Positions 1 to 13,484 of a stretch of DNA of 64,000 bases are shown one piece after another. Location: assembly GCA_951406725.2 (NCBI GenBank), contig OX597814.1, forward strand, positions 33,170,001 through 33,234,000, in the 5' to 3' direction. Source of the stretch: Octopus vulgaris. Lineage: Eukaryota. A program made the translations under genes and the position numbers. Numbering within the stretch: position 1 is the first letter of the stretch; every line of letters begins with the position of its first letter. The notes beneath the pieces are model-generated. The model was not told the DNA's origin, did no database searches, and saw nothing but the letters and a program-made list of their open reading frames with translations.

Positions 1-316
1 ATATATATACATATGTATATATATTTTTATATACATACATACATATATATACATACATATATACATACATATATATATATATATTTAAACATTCTGTATA
101 GATTATATAAATATTTTGCTATGTACATTTATATGTACATACACACACACACTTACACACACACACACACACACACATATGTACACGTATATACACACAT
201 GCACACACACACACACACACACATATATATGTATATAAATATATGTATATACATATATATATATGTGTGTATATGTATATATATATACATGTATATAGAC
301 ATGCATACATATGTAC

Positions 317-363
<47 letters not shown>

Positions 364-378
364 TGTATGCATGTGTAA
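1..378. repeat. compound (TA)n/(CA)n/(TACA)n microsatellite
   Basis: Direct reading; explains the YI/HT-repeat ORFs. Confidence 0.95.
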
Positions 379-1562
379 GTGGGTGCATGTGGAATGGCGT
401 CCGCATGTACATGTGGTGAAGTGTGCGTAAATGCTGAAATATGCCGGGATTCATTATCGCCTCTCCATTACTTATCCTCACTATACAAAACACTACGCTT
501 TAAACATTAAAAAAAAACCTCACTATTATACTTCCGTCTAATTTTGATTGATAAGCTCCCCCCCCCCCCCTTCCCTTTACAATTTGCTTTTCTCGAAAAT
601 TTCTTCACTTACCATGTTTACTTGATATATTTTTCTCCTGACTTAAAGCCCTGTTGATGTTAACGTTGATGTTGCTGGATTCCCAGCTAGCAGTCATTTC
701 CTTTTCGTTTTCGTTTTTCTTTTTTGGTCTATATTTTGTTCTTATCATTGATTTCGAATAGTTATTTTTTGTTGCCCTTCATCACAATAAATTGGGCAAA
801 TTGATTTTGGTCCCCACAAAAAAAAAATACAATAAAATAATCTTTTATTTTTTTTTTCATTATTTCTTTTATTATTTTTCTTATATCAGGTTAGGATTTT
901 GACTTCCTTTCTTCTTATTCCCGTGTCTTATTTCTTTATATTACCTTTTTCTTCTGCCATCGAAGTGTGCATGACTACGGTTGTGTGTACCATATATGTT
1001 TATCTCTCTATCCTATCTGTATATACACGACTCTGTATACACACACACACAGAGCATATACATATACATATATATATATTATATATATATATATATACAC
1101 ATACATAGACATCTACGCACACAAATACATGTGTATCGATAGAAGTATACAAAAACTGAAATAGTATATACCTGTGTGTCTGCATTGTCTATGTATATAT
1201 CTATATATGTATATATTTCTCTATTTACTTTTCCATTAGGGCTTCATTTTCTCTCCTTCCTTTCCTTTATCATCTCTTTCCCTCTTCTATGTCCCCAAAC
1301 ATTGGTGTTGTTTTTTACATGTATGTGAAAGCACATATGTTTGCAACTAGCATATATATATACACTCATACAGAATTGTATGCTTATAAACTTACATATA
1401 TATATCACAAAAACATGTCAAAACATATTTCATATGGGAGCGTCTGCATGTATTTTTCTATGCATCTCCATGTTTGTCTCTCTCTCTCTCTCTCTCTCTC
1501 TCCCTATATATATACATATATATACATATATATACATCTATATACACATACATATATATATA

Positions 1563-1608
<46 letters not shown>

Positions 1609-1904
1609 TACATATACATACATATATATAAACATAAATCTGTATATCCATTGTTCTAATTATACCTAAATATATATATATATATATATGTATATACGTA
1701 TGTGTATACGTCTGCACGCATACAAAAAAATATGCATGCATATATATGTGTGTATGTATGCGTGTGATTCTATATGTTTAAGTATATGTGTCCGTGCATC
1801 TATAGGCAAGACTGTGTATGGTGAATTTGTGCGATGAAACAAATTTTGTGTTTTTGCGGGGTCAATACACCAATAAAAAAAAAAAAACACTTCTCCTTCT
1901 CCAA

Positions 1905-1969
1905 AAGAAAAGCTCTACTTTATATTTTGACCCCCACTGTGTTCAGCCATGTGTGACCAATAAAGAAAC

Positions 1970-1972
<3 letters not shown>
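1905..1972 (+). mobile_element. isolated 3' tail of L1/Tx1-type LINE
   Basis: gctctacttt...ccc.ctgtgt.cagcc.tgtgtg...aataaagaaa matches the reverse complement of 60692-60750, the 3' end of the Tx1-like fragment. Confidence 0.6.
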
Positions 1973-2036
<64 letters not shown>

Positions 2037-2065
2037 GGAGTGTTTCAGAAATTCCTTAATACAGT

Positions 2066-2412
<347 letters not shown>

Positions 2413-3454
2413 ATATATATATAAGAAAGTAACCTTCCGATGGCAGCACAGCCGTGAAATCAGCAGAAAGATTGAACTTTTACCATTTTAAGACAGAGAA
2501 ATTGCCAGGTGGGAGCCATATATATTTTCATACATGCATACATACAATCCTTGAGAACATCTACTGAACAATAATGAGATGAGTGAGTACTTCACATGTA
2601 TACTCCACAGTGAATGAAATAACACCATAAAATAAGGCAATGACCTGAAAAATTCCTCGGGGAGAATAGAAGCGCTATGTCAACCAAGTGTGTCTGCCCT
2701 GACAAGCTTAAACAGAAAATTGGAATAGAAATACTTACCAGAAAATTAAACATGGGCGCATATCATACAAGCTAGAGAATGGTAACAGCGCCAATAGGAC
2801 GAGTAGCCTCTCCTGGACATACAATAAATACATCACATGCCATCAAGAAGGGTATGCTTTTGCTATCCAAGAACAGGGAATAACAGCTAAACACCAGAAC
2901 AACAACGCTGTAAAAGACAGTGTCCATTTTGCCATACAGGTGTGGCAGGTATCAGTCATAGCATAAGCGGCTGTCCCAAAATTTCAGCAAATACTACCTT
3001 CCTATGAAACGCAACATTGCTTCTAAAACGACCTAGAATGTTATTGGCAGCAGCGATTATTCTAACTGCTAAACCAAAGTCACATCAGAAAAAGAACGTG
3101 ACCGATCCTTTAAAGATAAATTATACCGATTAAGCATTCCAATATAATTAAAAACCCGATGTAAATACAACAGTCAAATATTGCTATACCGAACAGTGAG
3201 CAAACTTCTACAACATTGTGGTGATTAGTTGCGCGGTGAATACAGAAAGGCTCTTCAAATATTGTGGAAACTATTATGCAGAAACCTGTAGCTCTTATAG
3301 CCAGGCTATAGACGTTCATTTGTTCAAATTATCTTTGGGGCACTGGTATATGAATAAACAGAATTGTATGGAAACCTAGAAATGCTTAGGTTCTCCAGAA
3401 ATACAGTTGATTTTGATGACGTCTTATTCTTTCTGCTGGATAATTTTGTTCAAA

Positions 3455-3740
3455 AAAACGGTATCATTTGAAATGCAGATTTGTATTGTCTGATATTGAC
3501 CATAAAATCCTTTGACTGGATAGAAGTGGCTTCTACAAGATTTATAAGAGGTTGAGAAGGAGCTGGTAGTGCTGGCAATGTCACCTGACTGCCTGAGCAG
3601 CACACACCATTGGTTTCATTTGAAAATTTAAAGCTCTACATAAATGACAATTTGTGTTTAGCACACCAATTTGGACAGAGTTATCATTTTTATAAGAATG
3701 GGATGCATCATATCTGAAAACAGCTTCAGGAGTTGTCAAA
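3455..3740 (-). mobile_element. Helitron RepHel N-terminal Zn-finger region, frameshifted relic
   Basis: Manual translation gives VQIGVLNTNCHLCRAL/FSNETNGVCCSGSQVTLPALPAP...FMVNIRQYKSAFQM, matching the Helitron motif IG.M...C..C.A...E..G.CC..GKV.LP...NIR.YN.AFQMTSF. Confidence 0.85.
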
Positions 3741-4064
3741 AACGAATTTGTACGTACTTTGTTTCTGAAAGCTATTCAACTGGACCTCTATTTAATCATT
3801 AAATCATTGATTTAATGATTCAGCATTAAGTGCTGCAACATGCATTTGCCGATCTTGAGAAAATCTCATCTACCTTCAGACTTTTGCCTTCGGTTTTCTA
3901 CAATCTGCCTTGCTTTATACTTTTTTCTAAAGTGATTACATCTTTTCTGTGTTTCTCCTGTTGATTTCGTAAAAATTTATTTGAAGAAAGCGGAAATTGA
4001 AAGAAGAAAAGGCGAAAAGGACAGAGAAAGAAAGTGAACGATGTATGTACGTCTATATGAAATG

Positions 4065-4112
<48 letters not shown>

Positions 4113-4420
4113 TGTATGTGCGTGCCTGCCTGCATGCGCGTATGTATGAGAGAGAGTGAAAGAGACTGAAAAAGTGTGACACAGTGAGTGAGTGAACGTG
4201 TGTGTCGTGATGATTGATGTCTTTTAAGGTACACACACATATAGAAAATATGACATCATCGTATAAAATGTTTACGATAGTCGATCTATGGAAAAGATTA
4301 TAATGTTAAATTTTTGAAATTCAAATATGTAAATGGAACTTAAGTTTAATTTGTAGGCGATTCAATACTATTGTATTGAATCTTTTGATGCCCCATACGT
4401 CAAAATTTGTAATGCATAAG

Positions 4421-4469
<49 letters not shown>

Positions 4470-4494
4470 ACAGACTTCTTTCAAATTGAAAGTA

Positions 4495-4541
4495 TTATCT
4501 CACTTAGAATAGAGACATAATACTGAAATAGTCTGAGATAA
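4495..4541 (+). ncRNA. degenerate hammerhead-like motif
   Basis: Perfect 8-bp stem I ttatctca/tgagataa encloses a mutated core (cttagaa) and GAAA-tag-TC. Confidence 0.3.
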
Positions 4542-5292
4542 GAGATTGCTCTGGGATCGCATTAGGCAAGAAGTTGGAAGTTTTTTGACCCATGATACTG
4601 CATGGACCTTGGCTTTTGTAGTTGACTACTGTTACTTTAAGAATTTTATTTCGATTTTATGTATATATGTTCGTATGAGCCAATGAAGGAGACATCTACA
4701 TGGTAGCTAGACCTGGTAGAAATAGCAGCCAAATCGCCCTCAAAGCATTCTACTCTCTTAATCCCACAATTCTGTATATTATGTAGTTTGAATGATAAAC
4801 TGTAACTAAAGATTAAGATTATTAGCCCTAAATTTTAACGCGTTTTAATAGCAATCAATTTTTTTCTCTTTTTTGCATAGCTTTCCATGTCGGCTCTAAA
4901 GGTGAAGAGGGTTACCTTGGACGGTGTTAAGTAGTGGAGATGTTTGGTGATTCTATGTGGTCGTTATTTTTTACTGTTTCTTCTTAATAAGGATAATTGA
5001 TTGATAACGAATCTTAACACAATGTATATATAGAACTTCAATTGGGATTGGACGTCATAAGAGAGACAGCATAGCGACGGTTGTGGCTGACTGTCATCCT
5101 GCACTCCCCTTGTTGATGGCTAAATGGTACGTGCCGGCTGTCTGAGCAACTGGTTGATTTTAATTGCAGAACAAACAGGAGAAAAAGATCACAAAAATAG
5201 CGATTCTCACCTTGCAACTAACTATTTTGATATTCTGTTTAGCTTACGGAACGCCCCGGTCTCTCATGTATCCATGGTTAAAATTTAGCGCG

Positions 5293-5364
5293 ATCAGATG
5301 AACAATACTTGAAATATAAACGCACAAACAGACAGAGAGACAGAAAGGATTTTATATATTAAGA
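5293..5364 (-). mobile_element. Helitron-like 5' terminus
   Basis: Minus strand reads A|TCTTAATATATAAAATCCTTTCTGTCTCTCTGTCTGTTTG, the same style as other Helitron 5' ends here; upstream of and co-oriented with the relic at 3455-3740. Confidence 0.45.
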
Positions 5365-5396
5365 TGAATATGTATTTATATATGTAATATATAATA

Positions 5397-5432
<36 letters not shown>

Positions 5433-7243
5433 TGTATGTATGTATGTATGTATGTATGTCTATAAATAGCAACCAAACATGTTACTGAAATATTTTATTG
5501 TGACGATCACATATACACACATATCAAGCAATTCAGATAAGCACAAACTTGTAGTGCTGTCTTGAATTGAACAAACGAACGATATTTCTTTGTTAGTAAG
5601 CGGCTTGATTTCTGTAAAGGAAAAAAATGAAGCACAGTTACATACATACGTATTTGGGTGTGTATGTATAATTAATTCTATTTCTCGTGGAAAAATAGAC
5701 TCACGATATATTGACTTTATGTTTCTTGCATGTTTCGGGTGGGGCATTTTTGTTTCTTGTTTTAATGGGGTTATTTTTACGTTATTTTCTACAATCTCGC
5801 CGAGCTCTTAAATATTAAGATAATGGATGCACGTGTTTTGTGATCATTTCTTTACTTCAACTGAAAACAACAAAGACCCCAAGTATCTAATCATATCTCT
5901 ACAACAGTTAAGTGTGTGTCGTCACAGTTAAATAGACATCAGTCTAATTTAAGAATATGAAAGAATAAACCCTTAAAATACATGTATAAATGCAAATATC
6001 GATATTAATGAAAATATTGGTTTTATTGTAGCATCTCATTATTTTCGACCGAACTAGGAATCTTTGCCTGAATGCGTGAAAGATTTTAAGATGAGGAATG
6101 GGTTTATCAGTAAAATAGGATTATATTACTATCGCAAAAGAAGGTAAGGGATGAAAATATTTGTATGCATATATGTATGTATGCATGCATAAGAGAATTT
6201 TTTTTAAGTGCACCTGAATTTGAAAAACGTGTAGTTGTTTTTAAATAGATTTATTCACATACATAGCAAACAAGTTCCAACAGTTTTTTTTGTTTGTGAA
6301 TGGTACAAATGTATATAAAACAATGGAATTTCAACAGAGTTTAAAATTTCGATGTAGAAATCGAAGAAGCATTTTTAAACGATCAAATGTTCACATAAAA
6401 TTCAATGAGTTTCACGGCGATAGATAATATCAAAGTAAATATTCGGCGAAGAATATAATAAATGTACATAACTAAAAGTTCGGTCATATTGAGTTATTAT
6501 AGAATACGTGGACAAGAGAGAGGAAAATATTTTAAATTTCTGTTGTCGTGCGTGTATTTCCTTTTTCCGTCGCGTTCTAGGATCTTCGCTTTTAACGGAG
6601 TTTTCTGGGAATCACAGAATTCCTTGTGTATACATATGTTTTTACGCGAAAAGAACAAATTTTTGATTCGTTATAATTTTGATGACGTCTTATTCTTTCT
6701 GCTGGATGCTTTTGGTCAAAAAATAGATTTGGTTTTGGCTTTAATGTTTTGGTTAGTTGGTTGGTTGGTTGGTTGGTTGGTTGTTTATTTGTTTTGTTGG
6801 CTGGTTGGTTGGTTGGTTCCCTGTACATAAGAACAAGTTTCGATTGGTAGTAGGTTTCGTGGCGTCATTTTATTTGATAAAGAACCTGTTTTTGTTTAGG
6901 TCAAGTTTGGCGTTTTGTTTGGTTGACTTCTCTGTAGAGACTCAGACATTAGCTTTTGGCTAATGGCTGATTCTCTTAAGGCGTCAGGTATATTTTTTGT
7001 GAAATTCCAGTTCTGATAGGAGGTAAAATTTCATTGGTCTAGTGATAAGTGACGTCAGCAGCTTGTGTGTGAGAAGGTGCATAGCATTATTGTATAGTGA
7101 TTTGGAGTTGGAGTTTCGAAACCCAGCGGGAAGGGTGTTATTAAAGATTTTGAATTATCTGGTGTATCCAACAGTAACTGCAGTTTAAATATTTCAATTT
7201 CTTTAAATTTATTCGTGTGAGTGTGTGTGTGTGTGTGTGTTTA

Positions 7244-7312
<69 letters not shown>

Positions 7313-7825
7313 GCAAGTGTTTGTGAGTGTCGCTCTGTATATGGCAAAGAAACTGAACGAAAGGGAAAGAAAATATCAAGCTCTAGAGAAATCTACTATG
7401 TTAGTGGCTGGGTGAGTTTCTCAACGAGAACGTCCGCCATCTTTGCGCGTGTCTGAGTACATGCATAAGTTTGTGCATCCATTGGTGTGCCTGTACGTTT
7501 TTATGTAATAATGTGGAAATATATGTTCTGTGCATGTAGTATTTATATGCATGGTCTATCGATATCTTGCTGAGAACGATGTAGCACTGTAGATAGCAGT
7601 TTCCTTGCAAACATATGTACATAAATCTGCAATCGTAGTAATTTATTATGCATGAACTGCAACAAGATATATATAGGTGATTAAGTGCATTCGTATAGGT
7701 TCTCTAAATTCATAATTTATGGATGAATATTGCCGACAGTGCCTGAGAAATTCATCTTTCCATAATCGATAACATAAGTACCATTATATTCTTCACTGTA
7801 AGTTCGTCCGCGTGCTGTTGGAAGA

Positions 7826-7839
7826 GATTATTATTATCA

Positions 7840-7891
<52 letters not shown>

Positions 7892-7920
7892 CATCATCAT
7901 CAGCATCATTATTATTATTA
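7826..7920. repeat. (ATT)n/(ATC)n microsatellite
   Basis: Direct reading. Confidence 0.95.
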
Positions 7921-8070
7921 AAGCGGTGATCTGGCAGAATCATTAGCACGCCGGGCAAAATGCTTAACGGCGCTTCGTTCGCCTTTACGGTCTGAGTTCA
8001 AGTTCTACCGAGGCCGACTTTGCCTTTCCTCCGTTCGGTCGGATTAAATAAGTACCAGTTACTCACTGAG
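7921..8070 (+). mobile_element. SINE type B, 3'-truncated
   Basis: Homologous to the first ~150 bp of 8460-8686. Confidence 0.85.
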
Positions 8071-8459
8071 AAAGGTGTAGCACTGTAGATAGCAGTTTCC
8101 TTGCAAACATATGTACATAAATCTGTTCGTGGTTTATAAGTTTTCTTTAAAATTTGCTCTTCTAACAGTTAACTAAATAACCTAAGGTCGTCGTAAGCGT
8201 GGCGAGCTGTTCAGGCAAGGATTCGCCGTTCGAGGGCGAATTTTGAGATTTAAAGTTGGAAATGTAATGTTTTAGAACAAAGAATATTAATATCCTTCCC
8301 AAATTGAAGGAAACGATAGCTGTTGAAATAGCCGCTTTGAAATTGTGTTCCCACCACTAGTTAATGTGGTCGAAATACGAAGCAAAGTCAGCAGCAACAG
8401 CAAAAACAACAACAACAGAAGCAGCAGCAGTGATGAGTAAGATATATTTTAAAATGACG

Positions 8460-8686
8460 ACGAGTTGGCAGAAACGTTAGCACACCGGGCGAAATGCGTA
8501 GCCGTATTTCGTCTGCCGTTACGTTCTCAGTTCAAATTCCGCCGAGGTCGACTTTGCCTTTCATCCTTTCGGGGGTCGATAAATTAAGTACCAGTTACGC
8601 ACTGGGGTCGATGTAGTCGACTTAATCCGTCTGTCTGTCCTTGTTTGTGTCCTCTGTGTTTAGCCCCTTGTGGGTAGTAAAGAAAT
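8460..8686 (+). mobile_element. SINE type B, full length (tRNA-like head, Meta/MESC-like central domain)
   Basis: A box tggcagaaacg, B box gttcaaattcc, core gactttgcctttcatcctttcggggtcgataaattaagtaccag. An 18-bp target duplication atatattttaaaatgacg lies at 8442-8459 and 8687-8704. Confidence 0.9.
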
Positions 8687-8992
8687 ATATATTTTAAAAT
8701 GACGCAAACACTATCATAAACACCAACCCCACCACCACCGCTGCCGGTGCCACCACCACAACAAGCATTAATACCACGAGAACAGCGGCCGTTCTTTTTT
8801 TCTAAGCAGAATGGAAACGGTTTTTCACAAGGTGTCGGAAAATAGAATAACATTGAGTTGACACAAAAACTGTTGAGCGACGCTAATGTTCATTTAACAA
8901 AGAATGGTGAAGCAGTCTTCCTTAACACACCGTATGAAACGCAAGAAGACACTAATTAAAAAGAAAACATTATATATATATATATATATATA

Positions 8993-9111
8993 CTGTTGTG
9001 TCTGGGGAGAGTCATTTTCTATTTGTGGCTTATCATTTAAGTGGAAATTTTACCGGTGAGTGTTTTAAATAATAAGGCACAAAAAGAAAATGACTCTCCC
9101 CAGACACAACA
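8993..9111. repeat. fold-back palindrome (~48-bp arms) beside (TA)n; one arm recurs at ~26380
   Basis: ctgttgtgtctggggagagtcattttct... versus ...agaaaatgactctccccagacacaacag. Confidence 0.85.
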
Positions 9112-9191
9112 GAATGTGCTTCAACACACGAACTCATATAAAGAATCTTGCAAACCAAATCCAAAAACGAAATTATATATATATATATATA

Positions 9192-9239
<48 letters not shown>

Positions 9240-9357
9240 GCATAATAGTGGTTTTGTCTCTAATTTAATATAATATAATATTTTACTATAAAATTGGATT
9301 CAATCCTAAATCTGATTTTTCCCTGTAAATTTGGATTTATTCCCTAATATTTATTAT

Positions 9358-9409
<52 letters not shown>

Positions 9410-9479
9410 CGGAGTAAACACATAAATGTGAAACAAGGTGGAAAAAAGAGTACTCAAATACCAGTGGTAGAGTAATATG

Positions 9480-9643
9480 CTTTATTTTAAGCAGCAGAAA
9501 ATTCAACAAAATCTGTTACTCTGAGTTTCTCGTTGCCGTTCATCAGACAGTTTTTGCTAGATTCTAGCAAAAACTGTCTGATGAACGGCAACGAGAAACT
9601 CAGAGTAACAGATTTTGTTGAATTTTCTGCTGCTTAAAATAAA

Positions 9644-9644
<1 letters not shown>
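9480..9644. repeat. perfect palindrome, 82-bp arms centred on 9562
   Basis: Arms checked base by base as exact reverse complements. Confidence 0.95.
9570..9616 (+). ncRNA. minimal type I hammerhead ribozyme motif (mirror copy on - strand at 9508-9554)
   Basis: aaaactgt CTGATGA acg-gcaa-cga GAAA ctcagag TA acagatttt: stem I, conserved core, GCAA-capped stem II with one basal mismatch, near-palindromic stem III, GUA site. Confidence 0.8.
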
Positions 9645-9701
<57 letters not shown>

Positions 9702-9739
9702 GTATGTATGCATGTATGTATGTATGTATATAATTAAAG

Positions 9740-10640
9740 ACGAGAAGGTTAGAGCAAGCGAAGGAGACCCAGATCAAAAAATGTCCGAGACTTGTCTGGC
9801 TTATAAAAATTTGTTACCGTTGGGAGAAGCTTTGGCACCGAAGAAGAAACAAAAGAAAATGTCACAAGCCCCCCGCCCCAAGAGTGAATGAATATGGTTA
9901 ATTCCGACATACCTCGGTCTGTGGCTAGTCAAAATAAAGGTAGCGGAAGTGGCATCAGATGTGGACATCTCTTTGATTGTAGCAGACGTATTATAGAAGA
10001 CAGAATAAAATTTCTGACAGTGCACAAAATGGGAGAGGAGAATTGGTCAGATGCAAGCATTGAATTGTGGTTAGAAGCTTATTGAAGTCATCCCTCACCT
10101 GATCAACCTACGTAATGAAACACAGTTATTTGTAGCAATAGGGGAAATAAAACTGAGATGCTACATTTGTGGGGAATCAAAGGATGCTAAGAAAAGAAAA
10201 AAAAACATGCTACTGCAGACACCTCCAACACAACAATAACAACAACAACAAAAACAACAACAACACCAACAACAAGAACACCCACGGCATCAATGCCATG
10301 AGCAACAGCATCAAAAGCCAAAGCAACAAAAGCGTCAATAGAAAGAGCAGCAGAAGAAATCCATTCAACAACATCAGCACCGAGCAGCGGAACCACACCC
10401 GAGGAAAACTAAAACACCTACACCATCGCAACCAAGACAAGCCCTCACTCACACCAGTCATCCAGACCACCTACCTAGAAATGTGTGACTGTGCAGACAT
10501 ATCCGTCCCACCTGCCACAGATTTTTCCGACTATGAAAACTCGTCTAGCGAGTAAAACAGTTTCGGAAATCTACCAGAATGGATCCTGGTGAAAGGAGAG
10601 AGAAAACAATTACAAAATGAAAAGAGCGGCACAAGACTAT
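9740..10640 (+). mobile_element. putative decayed L1/Tx1 ORF1 (gag-like) region
   Basis: Broken ORFs; manual translation near 10130-10185 gives LFVAIGEIKLRCYICGESK (half Zn knuckle), followed by an N/T/P-rich tract; lies upstream of a co-oriented APE relic. Confidence 0.4.
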
Positions 10641-10651
10641 TCGCATAAAAA

Positions 10652-10868
10652 TAACCCTTTCTATTATAGGCACACGGCCTGAAGTTTTTTAGGAAAGGAG
10701 ACTACGCAATTACATCAACCCCAGTGTTTCACTGGTACTTAATTTGTCGACCCCGAAAGAATGAATGGCAAAGTCGATCTCGGCGGAATGAGAACTCAGA
10801 ACGTAGCAGCAGGCGAAATACCGCTAAACATTCCCTCCGGCGCACTAACAATTCTGCCAGCTAACCGC
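10652..10868 (-). mobile_element. SINE type B with alternative tail
   Basis: Reverse-complement homology to the head and core of 8460-8686. Confidence 0.85.
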
Positions 10869-11219
10869 TTTTTTCACATAAAAATAATAAAAAGAAAGCA
10901 ACAAACTAAAAGCAAAGCATTCCAAAGGGATGGAAGATTTCCGTAGGAACATAAATAAAAGCTTTGACAAAGAAATACTTGTAGAGACACCTACATCTAG
11001 CCAGGACAGAACAACTGAATCTCCAGAGAACTAGGGCAAATGATTGACTTAAGCGTCGTTGTCTCTAACAAACATGGCCTTGCTCAAAATAGGCAGTATA
11101 AATGCGTATAACATTGGAAAGAAAGCCTTGGAAAGAAAGTCGCCTCTTCAATTGTTTCAGGTCTGTGAAACCAGACCCTCCGACTGAGGAGCTTTCATGC
11201 CCTCTCTTGGAGGTGGAAC

Positions 11220-11752
11220 CTCTGGATCTGAAAATAAGGACTATCTTCCTGGATTTAGAAGGTACGTTGGTGGTCTTACATGTGGACAGTAGTGACAGGG
11301 TTGCCTTCAGTCTCGTGGCTGTTTCGTGGCTGTTTATGCTCCGACAGGGGCAAGACTAACAGATTTCTTCAGATTTCTGGAGGCTTTCCTGGGACCGTGT
11401 CGACCTATAGTGCTAATTGGTGATTTGAGCGCATTCTTAGACGCGCGTTTTGATTGTGTGGGGCTAAGTGTTAGAAAATTGGTTGCAAAAACCTCGTAGA
11501 ACTGCCTAGTATTTTAACTATCTGACAGGTACCGACTAGATTTCCTGGATTTACCAGTATCATATCGGGTCATCAAGGTCATATCTAGATAGAGCAGTCT
11601 GTAGGTCGGTAGACAAGGATAGTATAAGTTGTTGCCTTTTTAAAATCGTCGGTTACAGAGACCACAAATTTGCCATCTCCATCGTTGATTTAGATAGACT
11701 TCGAAGCCAGGTTACTGGAAGCTGGCCGCGTCAATCCCGGCGTGCCAAGCTG
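11220..11752 (+). mobile_element. L1/Tx1-type ORF2 AP endonuclease relic
   Basis: EGTLVVL...VYAP...LIGDL...SYLDR...DHKF...PGYWKL across frameshifts; homologous to 27050-27570. Confidence 0.8.
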
Positions 11753-11859
11753 ACAAATACCGCTAAGCATTTTGTACTGCCTGCTAACGATTCTGCCAGC
11801 TTACCACATTGTATACAATACTTAATATTAGTGTTTATTAGTGCTTCAATGAGGGATTC

Positions 11860-12050
11860 GAGATGGTAGAATCGTTAGTAGGAAATGTAGAATACTTAAC
11901 ATTTTTACGTTCTGTGTTCAAATGCCGCCGAGGTTTACTTTCCTTTTGTCCTTCATCATTTAAGGGTCTATAAAATCAACTGAGAACCAGGGTCGACATA
12001 ATTAACTTTCCACCTCTATTATATCCTTTGCTAAAAAATTAGAAAGAAAT
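11860..12050 (+). mobile_element. SINE type B, diverged
   Basis: ttacgttctgtgttcaaatgccgccgaggtttactttcc. Confidence 0.6.
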
Positions 12051-12772
12051 AAGTACTTGAATGAGCGTTATAACACTTGGAGTTTATTTCTTGCATTTAG
12101 CTCAACTAGATCATCAGAAAGTAGACTTGGACAATGAAACGAGATAGAAACAACGAGATGTCGACGCTTTTATCGAAGTTACTATATTGCTATCAATTAT
12201 ACCAGCAGCACTACATATAATTATGAGACAATTATAAAAAAATGTAATTATAATTATAAACAATTACAAAAATGTTGGATTTAGTTGAAACTATCAATTA
12301 TAATTTACTAATATATTTTTTCTCTCTCTCTCTAGCTTTCAAAGAGACGAAGGACAGATCAGTTTAAAAATATATTTTGTTCAAAGTTATTTGTGCTTGC
12401 TTTTATAATAAAGACAAATTGATTGCAATAAGAATGCTTGGTCTTGTGGTTAAGAGCTTCGCAACTACATTATTTTAAGTTGGATTTGACTCTGAGGTAC
12501 GATGGAAAATTATTTCTAACCTAACGCTAGGTCATTTAAAGCACCATAAAATATTTATGACGGCATCAGCATAGGATCCCGTCAGAAGAACGTTTATGCT
12601 CTTGAGCGGTAGACATAACGTTTTACCGTGTGAAGTAGGAAACTGCATTCTCATATAGTGCTAGATCAATCAAAACATTAGGAAATCTTTAAGATGGAAA
12701 CTGAAAACTCGTCCGAGGAACATTTCTTAAATGGTATATATAATTCGTTACCCAGTGAAACACTATAAGGGG

Positions 12773-13325
12773 TTATACATATCATCATCTAGAAAAGATG
12801 TTCTAACTAGAAAGGGTATGGCCTGGTCAGCCTGTAATGACATGCATAAGGTCTGGTCATCAAATCTAAGTAGAGACTTCAAACTTGAAATCTTCAAAGT
12901 CACAGTCGAACCAATTCTACTATATGGCTCAGACACCTGGACGTTATCAAAGAAGCTTGAGAGGCGGTTGGATGGAACCTACACTCGCCTCCTTATGAGA
13001 GATCAAAATCTCTCGTGGAAGTGTCATCCAACCAAAATGCAAATATATGGGAAACTACCACCTGTGTCATCTCTTGTGAAAGGTAGAAGAGTCCAGTTTG
13101 CTGGACGTTGTTGTAGAGCTGAAAACGAAGCAATTTCTACTTTTCTCCTCTGGAAGCCATCTACTCGCAATACCAGAGGGAGCACACTCTTCTACCCTGA
13201 TGTAATCTCCAGGGATACAGGCATCCAGCAACAGGACCTCCGTAATGCTATGATGGACCGTGAAGTCTGGCGTAGCATGGTAAATTCCATTGTCTCGACC
13301 ACGGTCAAACAATAATGATGATGAT
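12773..13325 (+). mobile_element. RTE-clade LINE 3' fragment
   Basis: ORF 12731-13315 has VEPILLYGSDTWTL...RLDGTYTRLL...AMMDREVWR, followed by an (ATG)n tail. Confidence 0.9.
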
Positions 13326-13484
13326 AAGGGCATTTGGCTGTTGTTTAGTCAGCTACATTCTGTTGCAAACATTCAGCCCAGGTTTTAACTCTGAGTAGTC
13401 ACTCATCTCTTCTCACCTGTGTAGAAGGACCTGGAAAGTACTATGAACACTGCTCTTTTTCCATAGACTCAGCGGTAAAAATGA

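Noticed and set aside
3411-6722. ~45-bp repeat at 3411-3457 and 6677-6722; degenerate ctgctagaaatagcagcc-type repeats at ~4700, ~45730, ~51150
   Set aside because: Real similarity but too short or diverged to classify.
12061-12126. Minus-strand CTGATGA...GAAA...TA motif
   Set aside because: Stem I does not pair; probably chance.
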